Shown: piece by piece, positions 47,559 to 59,200 of the stretch
How the letters are laid out: each line of letters begins with the position of its first letter
Position numbering within the stretch: the stretch's first letter is position 1
Assembly: GCF_000143415.4 (NCBI RefSeq)
Contig: NW_003314315.1
Span: 991,514-1,055,513, forward strand
Length of the DNA: 64,000 nucleotides
DNA from: Selaginella moellendorffii
Taxonomy: Eukaryota; Plantae; Lycopodiophyta
Reading direction: 5' to 3'
The notes under the pieces: generated by a model
What the model was told of the DNA's origin: nothing
Databases searched by the model: none
The model's input: only the letters and a program-made list of their open reading frames with translations
Made by a program: the position numbers and the translations under genes

Positions 47559-48148
47559 GGCAGAAGTCGCCATTGGTGGTGACATTGCAACGTGGGCAAA
47601 TTCTGATCACCCATATGATACTGCTGCAAAAGTTGCTGTTTTATTTGAATTGGCAAATAGTTGGTGGTCTTTAGATCTAGGTGGTATGTCCTGACATCGC
47701 ATTGGCCTCGTATATTGAAGACAATTTTTGCCAAGCTGTTGAAGATTTGTCAGCTGAAGATTCAAAAAGAGACAAGTTCTTTGTAGTTCCTGCTGTACCT
47801 ATGGCAACTGAAAAGTGATGTGGTGATAATGTTTGTGGGGTGTTGGTTCATTGCATTTTTTGCATATGAATTTTAAAGTATCAATAAGCCACCCAATAAA
47901 ACATTCATATCTAGGGTTCTTCTTTAATTGCAAGTTGAAAAGAATGATCTGATTAAGTTCTCCAGAATTTTCCATAATAGGCAGAAGTCGCCATTGGTGG
48001 TGACATCTCATCGTGGGCAAATTCTGATCACCCATATGATACTGCTGCAAAAGTTGCTGTTTTATTGAAATTGGCAAATAGTTGGTGGTCTTTAGATCTA
48101 GGTGGTATGTCCTGACATCGCATTGGCCTCGTATATTGAAGACAATTT
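47559..48148. repeat. Near-identical direct repeat of about 170 bp (47559-47727 and 47980-48148)
   Basis: ggcagaagtcgccattggtggtgacat...gtatattgaagacaattt occurs twice between the UGT and CYP. Confidence 0.9.
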
Positions 48149-48394
48149 ATAGTTATCCTAAAATATCTAAGTCTATTCTAAATATATTCAGGATATTATT
48201 ATTATTAAATGGTTATGTAAAACCTTTTGATCTTTACGTGTGTGCTTGTGGTGCCAAAAACCCTCCCCCACACTTGAAAAGCAGGTTAATCGGCATTGTC
48301 TACCGTACTTACCCACACCTAGTTGAGCAGTCTTCTTCATTTTCTTCCACGAACTCGCCATAAAAGGGATCATGCTGCTGTGCAAAACAGAAAA

Positions 48395-49904
48395 ATGGAA
48401 GCCCTGTCTATCATCCTAGTGGGAGCAGCTACACTAGTTCTATGCTCGCTCTTTGCATCGCGCTTCTTGTATCCGCTTCCACCGGGTCCATGGGGTACTC
48501 CACTCTTTGGGCATTTGTACTCGCTCGGGGAATTGCCACACCAGACTCTCTCAAAGCTCTCCAAGAAGTATGGCCCGATCATGACTGTCAGGCTGGGAAT
48601 GGTTCCAGCACTGGTGATTGACTCGCCGCAGTGGGCACGAGAATTTCTCACAACACATGATATTGCATTTGCCTCTAGGCCTCAGAATACAAACTCGAAG
48701 TATTTGTTCTTTAATGGCAGCGACGTTGGGTTTTCTCCGTATGGTGAGCACTGGAGGAATCTGAAGAAACTCATCACTATGGAGCTCTTCACCGCCAAGA
48801 AGATGGAGGTTTTCAAAGCTCTACGTGCCAATGGGATCCTCCGCGTGCTGAAATCTATCGCTGCGGAGGAAGGCAACGTAGTCAGCATAAGGAATTTGCT
48901 CTCTATGCTCAACATGAACAACATAAGTCAGATGGCTTTCAGCAAGCAAGTCATTGATGATCCAATATTTCAGAGGTTCCTGGCGGTATTGGAAGAGTCA
49001 CTGGATCTCATGGCAGTCTTTGTTCTTGGAGATTTCATTCCATTCCTTAAGTGGTTTGATCCTTACGGTTATGTCGCAAAAATGAAGGCCAACCGTAAGG
49101 AAATCAGCGGGATATACCAGATGATTATTGATGAGCACAAGTTGAAGAGAAAGAAAAATTGCACTCCCACTGATCTCGTGGATATACTCCTCTCACAGGG
49201 GGTGGACGAGACCACAATCAAAGGAACGATCATGGTAATCACCATTTGTGTGCATTGTATGTTTCATAAACCCACTCTTTCGAATCTTGTTACAGGGCAT
49301 GTTCGTCGCAGGAACTGACACATCTTCACTCACGTCCGAGTGGGCTCTTACCTCGCTCATAAACAATCCAAGCTGCATGAAGAGAGCCCAGGAGGAGCTC
49401 GATAGAGTTGTGGGGCGAGAGCGCCGTGTCCAAGAAGAGGATCTATCCAGTCTTGTCTACCTGAAAGCCATTGTCAAGGAGACCTTCCGGCTGCATCCGC
49501 CCGCGCCGCTTCTGCTGCCACGCGAGTCAACCCAGGAGTGTACAGTCAAAGGCGGGTACAAAATCCCCAAAGGTACACGACTCATTATCAATACCTGGTC
49601 AATCGGCCGAGACCCCAGCCTGTGGGAGTCTCCTGAAGAGTTCAAGCCCGAGAGATTCCTTGAAAAGTCCATCGATATCAAGGGACAAGACTTTGAGCTC
49701 ATTCCTTTTGGTGCCGGGCGGAGGATTTGTGCTGGTTTGCCGCTGGGACAGACCATGGTGGAGCTCACCCTGGCTAGCCTGCTACAAGCGTTTGAATGGA
49801 AGACAGACAAAACGCTGGATATGGAGGAGTCCGAAGGGCTGACAACCAGGATGAAAGTTCCACTCGCGGCACATATGACATGCAGGACTTCTCTCAAGTT
49901 CTAA
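48395..49904 (+). CDS. Cytochrome P450, CYP71 clan (A-type), single intron
   Basis: TM anchor plus LPPGPWG, AGTDTS, KETFRLHPP, FKPERF, FGAGRRICAG. Intron at about 49235-49295, the conserved A-type position. Confidence 0.93.
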
Positions 49905-50298
49905 ATCTCTGCATATCAGATTTGGTCCTCCTATTATAAAACGGTTGTTGTGAGATTATAATATTGTCAAAGGCATATCTATCATAATTCATCCTTTGAT
50001 TAAAAACAAAGATTTTATTATTAGGGTTATTCAACTCTGCGTTTTCTTGCAACCATACGTACCACAAAACAGCCAGTCCAAAGTTGCGTTAAGTCCGCTG
50101 GTGGTCTCCAAGAAACGTGGAAGCTTTGACAACTTCTTGGAGGAGACTCTAGAGTCGCCACCGAAAGTATAGGATTCAAGCTGCCCCGCCTCCTGAGGTG
50201 GAGAACTTTTGCTCGGTTTCTCGAAGTGTTGGAAATGACTAACCTCTTTGCTTCCATACTGCTTGCTAGATCAACACAAAACTCTTATCTCCTGCCTG

Positions 50299-52895
50299 TC
50301 AGTAAGAAGAGGACGAAGGGGGACGATTTCCCGGTGGATACGGAGAGCCTCTCTCCTGCGGTGGAGCTGACGTCCCGTCCTGGTTGTACTGCTGATGCTG
50401 CTGTGATGGATACTGCTGCTGCTGCTGCGGTGCGTACTGCTGCTGTGGAGGGTATTGCTGCTGCGGTGGTGGCGAGTTTTGATACTGGTTGTACTGCGGC
50501 GGTGGCGCGTTTTGGTTATACTGTTGCTGCTGGTATGGTGGTGCGTTCTGGTATGGCGGCGGGCTGGAAGGACCGTTCTGGTACTGTGGAGCTCTCGATG
50601 CTGGAGGAGCCTGAGAGTAACCAGCGCCATATCCTCCGGATTGAGAGTAAGGTGACCCCGCTCCCTGGGAGTAGCCACCGCCGCCAGCCGGTGGAGCTTG
50701 TGTCCCTGCTGCTGAATATCCGCCTGGAGCAGCCGAGTATCCTCCCTGCCTTGGAGGCTGCTGCGAGTAAGGTGCCTGACCACCACCTCCTGCGGCCGAG
50801 TATCCTCCCTGTGCTGGAGCTTGTTGCGAGTAAGGTGATTGACCACTTGCGGCTCCAGCAGCCGAGTATCCACCGGGAGCTGGAGCCTGCGAGTAAGGCG
50901 ACTGAGCAGCTCCGTATCCGCCTTGCTGCGAGTAAGGTGGCTGGCCGCCTTGTGCGTAAGGTGACTGGCCAGTCCCTGCTGCTGCGTATCCACCTTGAGA
51001 TGGAGCTTGCGAATAAGGTGACTGACCATATCCACCACCCGAAGCTGGAGGCTGCGAATAAGGAGACTGAGTGGCTCCATATCCACCTGGAGCTTGCGCC
51101 TGTGGTTGCGTCCCGTATCCAGTTTGCGGCTGCGAGTAACCACCCGGAGCTTGGGACGCTTGAGCTGGAGCTGGAGTTGGAGCTGGAGCCGATGCTGCTG
51201 CTGGGGTTGGTGCTGGTTGGGAAGAAAGTAGTCCCCCGGAAGCGTCTGAAGTTGCTGCTGGAGCCGGAGCTGCCGGTTGCGCGTCTTCTGCTGGTGGAGC
51301 CCCTGCCGATTGCGCTCCCGGCATTGGATATAGTTCCGCAGGTGTAGTTGGAACGCCAGGAGCCGGTTGAGTCGCGGCTGCTGCAGCCGCTGCTGCCGGA
51401 GGGAGGTGATCAGTCGTTCGAGGAGCCATTGCCGGCACTTTGATAGTTTTCTTCTCCTTGATGACTTCCAGTACCTTGTTAGCTTCGTCGATGAAGGCCT
51501 CGTAACCTTCAATGTTTCGGATCACAATGTCGATCTGACAGAATGCATGTATCAGAATCAGCGTAAGAAAGAACAGAGAGAAAAATAAAGGAAAAGAGAA
51601 GAAAGAAAAGGAAGTGCTTACTCGCTCAAAGCCTTCGCAGCTGTCTTTAAGAGTTCGAAGCGCAACTTCTGCGCCATCCGCATAGGGGTACCTGAGCGTG
51701 ATTGTTAGTAACTACCCCAAATAAAAGAAATGCCATACCCGTATATATTGCAAGACAAGGGCGGAAATGCAAGATATTTTAACTTCTCTTTGCGAGCAAC
51801 CAAGAGAGCAGTCCTGCAGAAGTAGACTTTCCGTGAGAACAAAAAAACCGGAAACAGAAATGCTGCACCTGTAAGCTTTTTCTAGAGTTGGATCAGACTC
51901 TCGAACACCTGTTTTCTCGTTTTTCTTGTGAACAGCTCCGACTGTATGAATGACACGATGTACAGGAAGATCAAAGGCTCTAATACAAGAAAAACGAAAA
52001 AACAAAACGAAAAACTCAATACACAAACTAGAAACAACGACAAAGGTACCTCGTACTGATAGCATCACCCATTTCAGCCTTGATTCCCTGAGGAGCAACA
52101 TCCGGGAGCCTTTGAGTGCATTCCAAGAGCTTCGAACCAGCAGCTTTGAAAAGAACTACAGAGAAACACACACACGCATTGGAACTATTAAAATGCATTT
52201 GGAGTAAAAGGTGCGAATTACCTGCATTCACAGCTGGTCCAGTGTTGAGCTTCTTGTTTGCTGGAGCAATCTGCGAGGCAGGAAAAAAAAAACGAAAAGA
52301 AGAACACGAACCTTACAAACGAAAGAAGAGAAGCATAAGAGAGACATACCACTGCATCCTGCTTGCCATCCACAAACCACTTGGACAAGTCCCCAAAGTA
52401 AATGGTGCACAGACAAGTTGGCGAGAGCTTGAAGTGTTCTCGCTGCAAGAGCTCCGTCGGTGGCTTTGGCGGTGTCAGCCATTCCATCACCTTGGACTTC
52501 TGCTTGGTGGGATCATAAGGCCGCGGAGTTCCGGGCTTTGGACGAGGCGAGCCTGGCAATCCAGGAATCTGGCTCCCTGGAAAGTTGAGTCCCAAAGACC
52601 CAGAAAATCCCGAGAAGGGAGGCGGCCGCGAGAACTTCCTATCGGAGGTAGCCGTGGACGCCGTTGGCCTGGTTGGGAGCTCTTTGGGAAGACTATCGGC
52701 AGTGCCATTTGTTCCAGACGGCGGTGGCGAGCCTGGAGCTCCAGTGCACGCCCTCACACTGAGAGAGAGCGACGAATTCCTGGTTGCGGCGGGCAAATAC
52801 GCGAAGTTCCCGGGCCTCACATCGCCAAAGAGGCCAGAGGAATGGATACCTAGCGGAGGCGAGACCCTCGCCTGGCTCACAGCCGCGAGCTGCAT
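50299..52895 (-). CDS. Macrodomain (Appr-1''-p/MacroD-like) protein with predicted transit peptide and long Q/G/Y/P/A low-complexity tail
   Basis: GDLSKWFVDGKQDAV, APANKKL, AFDLPVHRVIHTVG, LAFPPLSCNIYGYP across about 6 introns. The final exon carries repeated GGY..QSPYSQ units. Confidence 0.8.
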
Positions 52896-53407
52896 CGTCC
52901 AGGAATCCCTGCGCGGCCGGGAAGCTCTCAGCGCCGGATTGCGAGAAAATGCGTCACGAATCTCACGGCCATACCTCGGAGAGCGCGGAGGAGCACAGCA
53001 CCTTATCCCTTCGCGAGAAATATACGTAGGGCTTATAGCAGGGTTTATGAAAGATCTATCTAGGGGCAATCCCGACCGTCGGTTATCAAGCATCTGAAGC
53101 CGTCGGATCTAGATATTTCTTTTTTAAAACGAGGCTTTCCGCGCGAAATGTTCTTGGATGGTTTGATCTAATCACATCGATTTTTTCCCAGGAGATCACA
53201 TCCCAGCCACTAGAACTAGTGGCCATTGCTCGAAATCGATAGAAAGAACCAGGGCATGGAATTCGTCTATTTGGACCACGCGAGAGGATGATTCGCGGAA
53301 TCAATCTCTTTTAAATATAGCTCCCACACCACGATGCGATAAGATTCTTCTGGAGTTCCAGGTAGTGTTCTACTCGAGCCCTTGGTAGAAGAGATATTCT
53401 AGCTCCC

Positions 53408-55243
53408 ATGGCCACCATGAATGGATCGCCCAAGGTCGATCCAGACGCCCTCGTCGATGCCTGGCTCGCGCGATTGGATTCCTCTCTCGCCTCCGGCGAT
53501 GCATCGGCCGCTGCCAATCTCTTCGAGGAATCCACTTCGTTCTGGCGGGATCTCATCGCGTTCACCTGGAACATCGTCACGGTCGAGGGCCGGTCACAGA
53601 TCCACGCCATGCTCCAATCCACGCTCGAATCAGTCGCGCCCAAGGGTTGGGTCCGCAACGGTACCGCCAGCTACAGCGCGGACTCGGGCGTCATTGAGGC
53701 CTGGATCAAGTTCGAGACGCGCGACGCGGTATGTACGGGGCATTTGCGCCTAGTGGCCACTACTTCCCTCTGCCGTACGCTACTCACCGCCATGGAGGGG
53801 CTCAAGGATTTCCCAGAGAAGAAGGGCCATACGCGGCCCAAAGGTGTGACGCACGGCGTCATACGGCACCGCGCGTCATGGCTGGACGGGCGCAAGGAAG
53901 AGGAGCGGACGCTGGGCAGTACCGTGCAGCCCTATTGCGTCATTGTCGGGGGCGGGCAGGCGGGTATCGGGCTTGCCGCGCGGCTCCGGCAGCTCGGCGT
54001 GCCGTGCATCGTGGTAGAGAAGAACCCGCGGCCGGGCGATTCGTGGAGGAGTCGCTACAAATCGCTGTGTCTCCACGATCCGGTGTGGTATGATCATCTT
54101 CCCTATTTGCCATTCCCGGAGAACTGGCCGATCTTCACGCCCAAGGACAAGATGGGAGATTGGCTCGAGGCTTACACCAAGATCATGGAGATCAACTACT
54201 GGACCTCCAGCGAGTGCCTGGGAGCTCGATTCGATCCACAGTCCGGGGAGTGGGAGGTGAAGATCCTGCGGGATGGGAGCAAGGAGGTGACCTTGCGACC
54301 CAAGCAGCTCATCCTGGCGACCGGGATGTCAGGATTTCCCAATGTGCCACGAATTCCCGGGCAGGAGGAATTCGTGGGCGATCTCCATCACTCGAGCAAG
54401 CATCCGGGAGGCGAAGCTTACAAGGGGAAGAGAGCGGTGATCCTGGGATCCAACAATTCGGCCCACGACATCGCCGCCGATCTCTGGGAGAATGGCGCCG
54501 CGGAGGTGACGATGATCCAGCGATCCTCCACCCACGTAGTTCGATCCGAGTCGCTCCTCCAATTCGTGATGAAAAACACCTACTCGGAATCGGCGGTAGA
54601 GTCGGGGCTCACGACTGACAAGGCCGACATGATCTTCGCGAGCGTGCCATACAAGATCATGGGCGATGTCAATCGACCAACCTACGATGCGATCCGAGCC
54701 CACGACAAGGATTTCTACGCCGCGCTCACCAAGACTGGATTCATGCTCGACTTTGGCGACGATGACTCGGGGCTCTTCATGAAGTACCTCCGCCGTGGAT
54801 CCGGCTACTACATCGACGTGGGCGCATCCCAGCTGTTGATCGACGGCGAGATCAAGCTCCGCAGTGGCGTCACCATCGCGTCGCTCAAGCCGAGCTCGGT
54901 GGTGCTGAGCGACGGTACGGAGATCGCGGCCGATGTGGTGATTCTGGCCACGGGGTACGGATCCATGAACCAATGGGCCGCGAAGCTAATCTCCCAGGAG
55001 GTGGCGGATCGCGTGGGCAAGTGTTGGGGGCTGGGATCGAACACGCGCAAGGATCCCGGGCCGTGGGAGGGGGAGCTCCGGAATATGTGGAAGCCCACCG
55101 CGCAGGAAGGGCTGTGGTTCCATGGTGGGAATCTCCACCAGGCTCGTCACTACTCGCTCTATCTGGCGCTACAGCTCAAGGCGAGGATGGAGGGAATCAC
55201 GACCCCGGTGTATGGCATGCCCAAGGTCCACCACCTCAGTTAA
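53408..55243 (+). CDS. Intronless bacterial-type (type II) flavin-containing monooxygenase with N-terminal SnoaL/NTF2-like extension
   Basis: FWRDLIAFTWNI; GGGQAG; WRSRYKSLCLHDPVWYDHLPY; LATG; FVGDLHHSSKH; GSNNSAHD; LATGYG. Confidence 0.92.
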   Translation: MATMNGSPKVDPDALVDAWLARLDSSLASGDASAAANLFEESTSFWRDLIAFTWNIVTVEGRSQIHAMLQSTLESVAPKGWVRNGTASYSADSGVIEAWIKFETRDAVCTGHLRLVATTSLCRTLLTAMEGLKDFPEKKGHTRPKGVTHGVIRHRASWLDGRKEEERTLGSTVQPYCVIVGGGQAGIGLAARLRQLGVPCIVVEKNPRPGDSWRSRYKSLCLHDPVWYDHLPYLPFPENWPIFTPKDKMGDWLEAYTKIMEINYWTSSECLGARFDPQSGEWEVKILRDGSKEVTLRPKQLILATGMSGFPNVPRIPGQEEFVGDLHHSSKHPGGEAYKGKRAVILGSNNSAHDIAADLWENGAAEVTMIQRSSTHVVRSESLLQFVMKNTYSESAVESGLTTDKADMIFASVPYKIMGDVNRPTYDAIRAHDKDFYAALTKTGFMLDFGDDDSGLFMKYLRRGSGYYIDVGASQLLIDGEIKLRSGVTIASLKPSSVVLSDGTEIAADVVILATGYGSMNQWAAKLISQEVADRVGKCWGLGSNTRKDPGPWEGELRNMWKPTAQEGLWFHGGNLHQARHYSLYLALQLKARMEGITTPVYGMPKVHHLS

Positions 55244-56240
55244 GTCAAATCAACTAGTCAAATTTGTCAATGATAGTCAAACATTTAAAATTTGAAAAAA
55301 GTAATCCGGTATGATCAGCTTCTTAGGTTTTGCTAGCGCCCGTGGTTGCAGGGCGCAGCGCACATCTGAAGCATCACTTCCTGGGGAACGATGCTCGTCC
55401 CACAGCAATCAACGTTACGCAGCGGATTTTTGTCAGCTGCAAGAGACGAGGAGCACTCACTGGAGGGATTGCGGCCAGGCCGGAATCATGCAGATGAAGC
55501 TGAATTAGTGGCATCGCTTCTTATCCACTACTTCTGGCGCTAAGACGAATTATTTTCCATTAAACAAAGTTTAGGTGGATCTTTTTGTTGGCAGTTGTAC
55601 CATCAGGAAAAAAAGGAAAGTTGAATCTAGTTCTTTGTTTCCTTGATTGGGATGAGCTAGAGAAAGAAGACAAAGAGTACACATGATATACTCATAACTC
55701 CCCTTATATATAAAGAAATATATAACATATAACACAGCTCTTCAACTGATTTGGAGGGCAGTAACAGAGCAAGCATATTAGTGAGCACCTCATCAAAGGT
55801 TTTGGTTGTGACATGCCCAAAAGCAACAAGCTTGAACAGGCACAAGTCAATTTAAAAGCACTATTAGAGAGTTACTTCAAAACTAGTTTTTAAACCTCAT
55901 TATCCCTACTATACTTTTGGTACCCCCCCTCCACAGATCCACCGTGAGATAGGATGTGCAGTTCCCCAAAGAGGAGAAATATTTTAGCTCACCAGATCCA
56001 GCGCGGGGGTAGAAGGCGCTGAATTTGCCTTCCAATTCTAGTTTCTTACCAGACAAGGAAATGGCCAGGCCTCGCACGAATTTCTGAACCGCTGGAACGA
56101 TCGCCAGCGCTCCCAGGACGTGCGAGAATTTTTAAAGAGACCCCTCGCGAATCAAGACCCACCATAAATCCAAAGTAAGCTGAGCATAGGCTGGATATCC
56201 AGATCTAGGGCTGGGCGATTTAGGAGGAGAAAGGGTCGCT

Positions 56241-59200
56241 ATGGCGAGTGATGAGGATTTTGTGGTTCTTCTCAGGGCCAAAGGGCCAGATCTACCAAAG
56301 GGAGTTCTTGATCGAGATGGTGAGGGTGTGGAATACTCGTTCGTGGGGCCTCGGCGCTATGCAGATGGAAAATCTCTCTTGGAGTACTTAGGCGATGGGC
56401 AGTATTACGTTGCCAGGGAACATCAGGGGAGGTATGGATGGCAGGAGCTAATAGCGGAGCTACAGCGTGTGCCAAGAGTTGCGGATTGTATCCATGTCTT
56501 CGAAAAAGGTATAACGTCTTTGTGTTTCTTTTGATCTTAGAGGGGATCTTGGCTTATTTTGTTGTTGGAAATCTGATGTTCTTCTAACGCACAGGTAAGA
56601 TTGGAGCGTGGCTATCGCTGTGGTGCCTTGATCTTTTGTCTGACTGCATCGTTTGTCGTTCCTTCTAAACACTATCTTTTGTGATTTTGCAGTGGCGAGA
56701 AGAGAGCCCATTACCAAAGGTACTGAACGTCTGTTCAGTAGCGTCCTTTATCAATACCGTTTGTTTGTTTTGCAGGGCTTCTTCAGAAGTTTGGAGATAA
56801 ACTCTCCTCTGTCGTTGCTGTCGTCCAACGCACAGGTAGGATTATTTTTGTCTGATTGCGGTTTGTCTAAACTGTTTTTTAAAATTTTTTTATTTTGCAG
56901 TGAGAAGCAAGCCCATTACTAAAGGTATTGAACGCGTGTTTGTCCTTTATCAATAGCATTTGTTGTGCAGATGTTGTGGAAGCTATACTACAGACGTTTG
57001 GCGATGACCTCTCAGACAGCATTTCCAGCATGACCCCTGCGCACGCGTTCAAAAGAAAGTTCTCGCTCACCAAGGTTCCAATTTGCCAGATAAACGTTTC
57101 GGGACGTTGGCAACCGAGTCTTTTGTGGCATGGTCTGGAGCAGCCTCTTGGTTCTAGAGATATTCTTTCATTGTTGAGAATCAGCAACCCCAGTCTTTTG
57201 ATTCTATTCGACGTCTCCGGAGCCGGAAAGACGCGTTGCTTATACGAGATTGCGGCACAGCAGACCTGTCTTTACTTCACTGGCGTGTGTTCCGGTTCTC
57301 CTACTGCTGATGGCTCCCGGGACCTGTTGGTCGTGTCCGAGACACTGCAGAGGCTGTATCCAACAGGTCCGATTCCAGTTTCATCCCTCAAGACCTGTTT
57401 GAGGGCGGTGCTCCTGTCAAGGCTTTTCATTCACCGCAAATGTGACGACCTCCTCAAGCCACTGAGCAATTTGACATTTCTTTTCAAGCAGGTTATGCAC
57501 CAGCAGCTCAACTATACTCAGGCTGACCCTTGGGCCCATTTAACCGGGTGCATCTTGGCGCTGGCGACGTCAGTTGATGATCTTCCTGCATTGGAGTCCG
57601 TGTTGAGCAAGATGCTCCGTGCGTACACCTGGGACTGGCCGATTATTTTGGACGAGTGCCAGGAGGTGAACAGATATCTGAAAGACAGGTTCATGGCAGG
57701 AGATGGGGAGACGGGCAGCCTTAGACGATCAATGCTTGATAAGTTTGTTATTGCTCTCCAGGATGCTGGGTTCAACAACAAAGTAATCTTTGCTGGCACT
57801 GGGAGATCGCTGTATCATGTGGCCACTCACATCTCCGAGGTATATTGTATGCGTTCCTGCGTTTTATGGCTAATGTTTGTGTCCATAGACTATGAAATTC
57901 CGTGTGAGCATCTATTGGTATACAACCTTTGGCGAGTTTCGGGATGGTCAGGCCCTGCGGCAATATGCTAGCAACATATTGGAGGATTGCAGCATCATTG
58001 ACTTTGAGAGGCTCGGGGTGCTGTACAGAGGAAGATATCGGACGTTTGTTACTGCTCTTGAGCAGTATATCCTTTTTAACCCGCCTGCAACCGCAGCTAC
58101 AGAGTTTTTCTTGAATTATGCCAAAGAGACAACATCCATGAGGTATGTGAAATTTCGCCAAAAGCGGCAGAGCTTCTCGACTGATGATTGGAATGTTACA
58201 GGGGTGTATCTTGGACGGGACCAAGCAAGAGGATAAGTCCTGCAGATATTATGAACACAGTGAACAGGACAGTGCTTGATGATGTCTACCGATTTTTTTC
58301 AGGAGTCCCGAGTGATGAACTGGCGGCAGTGAAGGCTCTAGTTCAATCAGTTGTTGCGAACCACTTCTTCGGTACAGGAAAGATGGTCGTGATGAATCCA
58401 ACGTTATCACTGGTGGAGTTTGGACTTGGGAGAGTCCAGTATAAAGGACACAGGCTGATGAAGTGGATGTATCAACATCAAGACGGAATTATTGGCCATT
58501 CTGACACAAGTGAAAAATGCCGAGCTGTAGAGATCTTCGAGCCGCTGGTCTGTCGTGCCCTGTGGCACTATTATCAGGAAAATTCCTCCTTGCAACGGAT
58601 CCAGCAGCATCGTTTTCTGGAGAAGGCCGAAATATATGCCAGTGCTACAGGGGAGGTTTATGAAACTGCAGTTGCTGAGATGATTGGGGAGCACTTAGAT
58701 GGAAGGTGTCTGGCCGACCTTTTCTCATCGTGGAACACGGAGCCGATTCCGTCCATCTACAACAACACTGCAACTCTTGCTAGGCCGAAGATTGATAACC
58801 AGAACCTCATCGGGACAGAGACGGAGGACTTTCGATTAATCGATTGGATAAACAGCGTTACTAGTGGTAAAGACAACTTCTTTACTTTCTTTTCGACAGG
58901 CATGAATAAGACTTGCGGGCCAGATATATGGTGGTTTCTGACAGTTACGGAAGTGGCAAAACCGGCTGTAGGTGAGCACGCAGACAAGCTTCAATGCACC
59001 GGTGTGCCAGTGACAACTTTCATCATATGTGCAGCGCAATTGAAGACTCTCCAGAAAATGGCAATGGGTGACTATGTGTCTTCGTTGGATTTCAACAAGC
59101 TCTTTTTGCACAAGGGTGGTCAAGGATATAAATTAGTTGTGAAGAGAAAAGAGGATGAGGAAGGTGCGAAGCGAGTGAGGGAACTTGCAAGGTTTGGGTG

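Noticed and set aside
50226-51512. 373-aa (+) and 413-aa (-) long ORFs
   Set aside because: Shadow frames of the low-complexity tail; the 50299 frame is the one continuous with the spliced macrodomain.
53408-55243. Bacterial contaminant contig as the explanation for the FMO
   Set aside because: No gap nearby, no operon neighbours, and intron-containing genes lie within 0.5-1 kb on both sides; read-level confirmation is still advisable.
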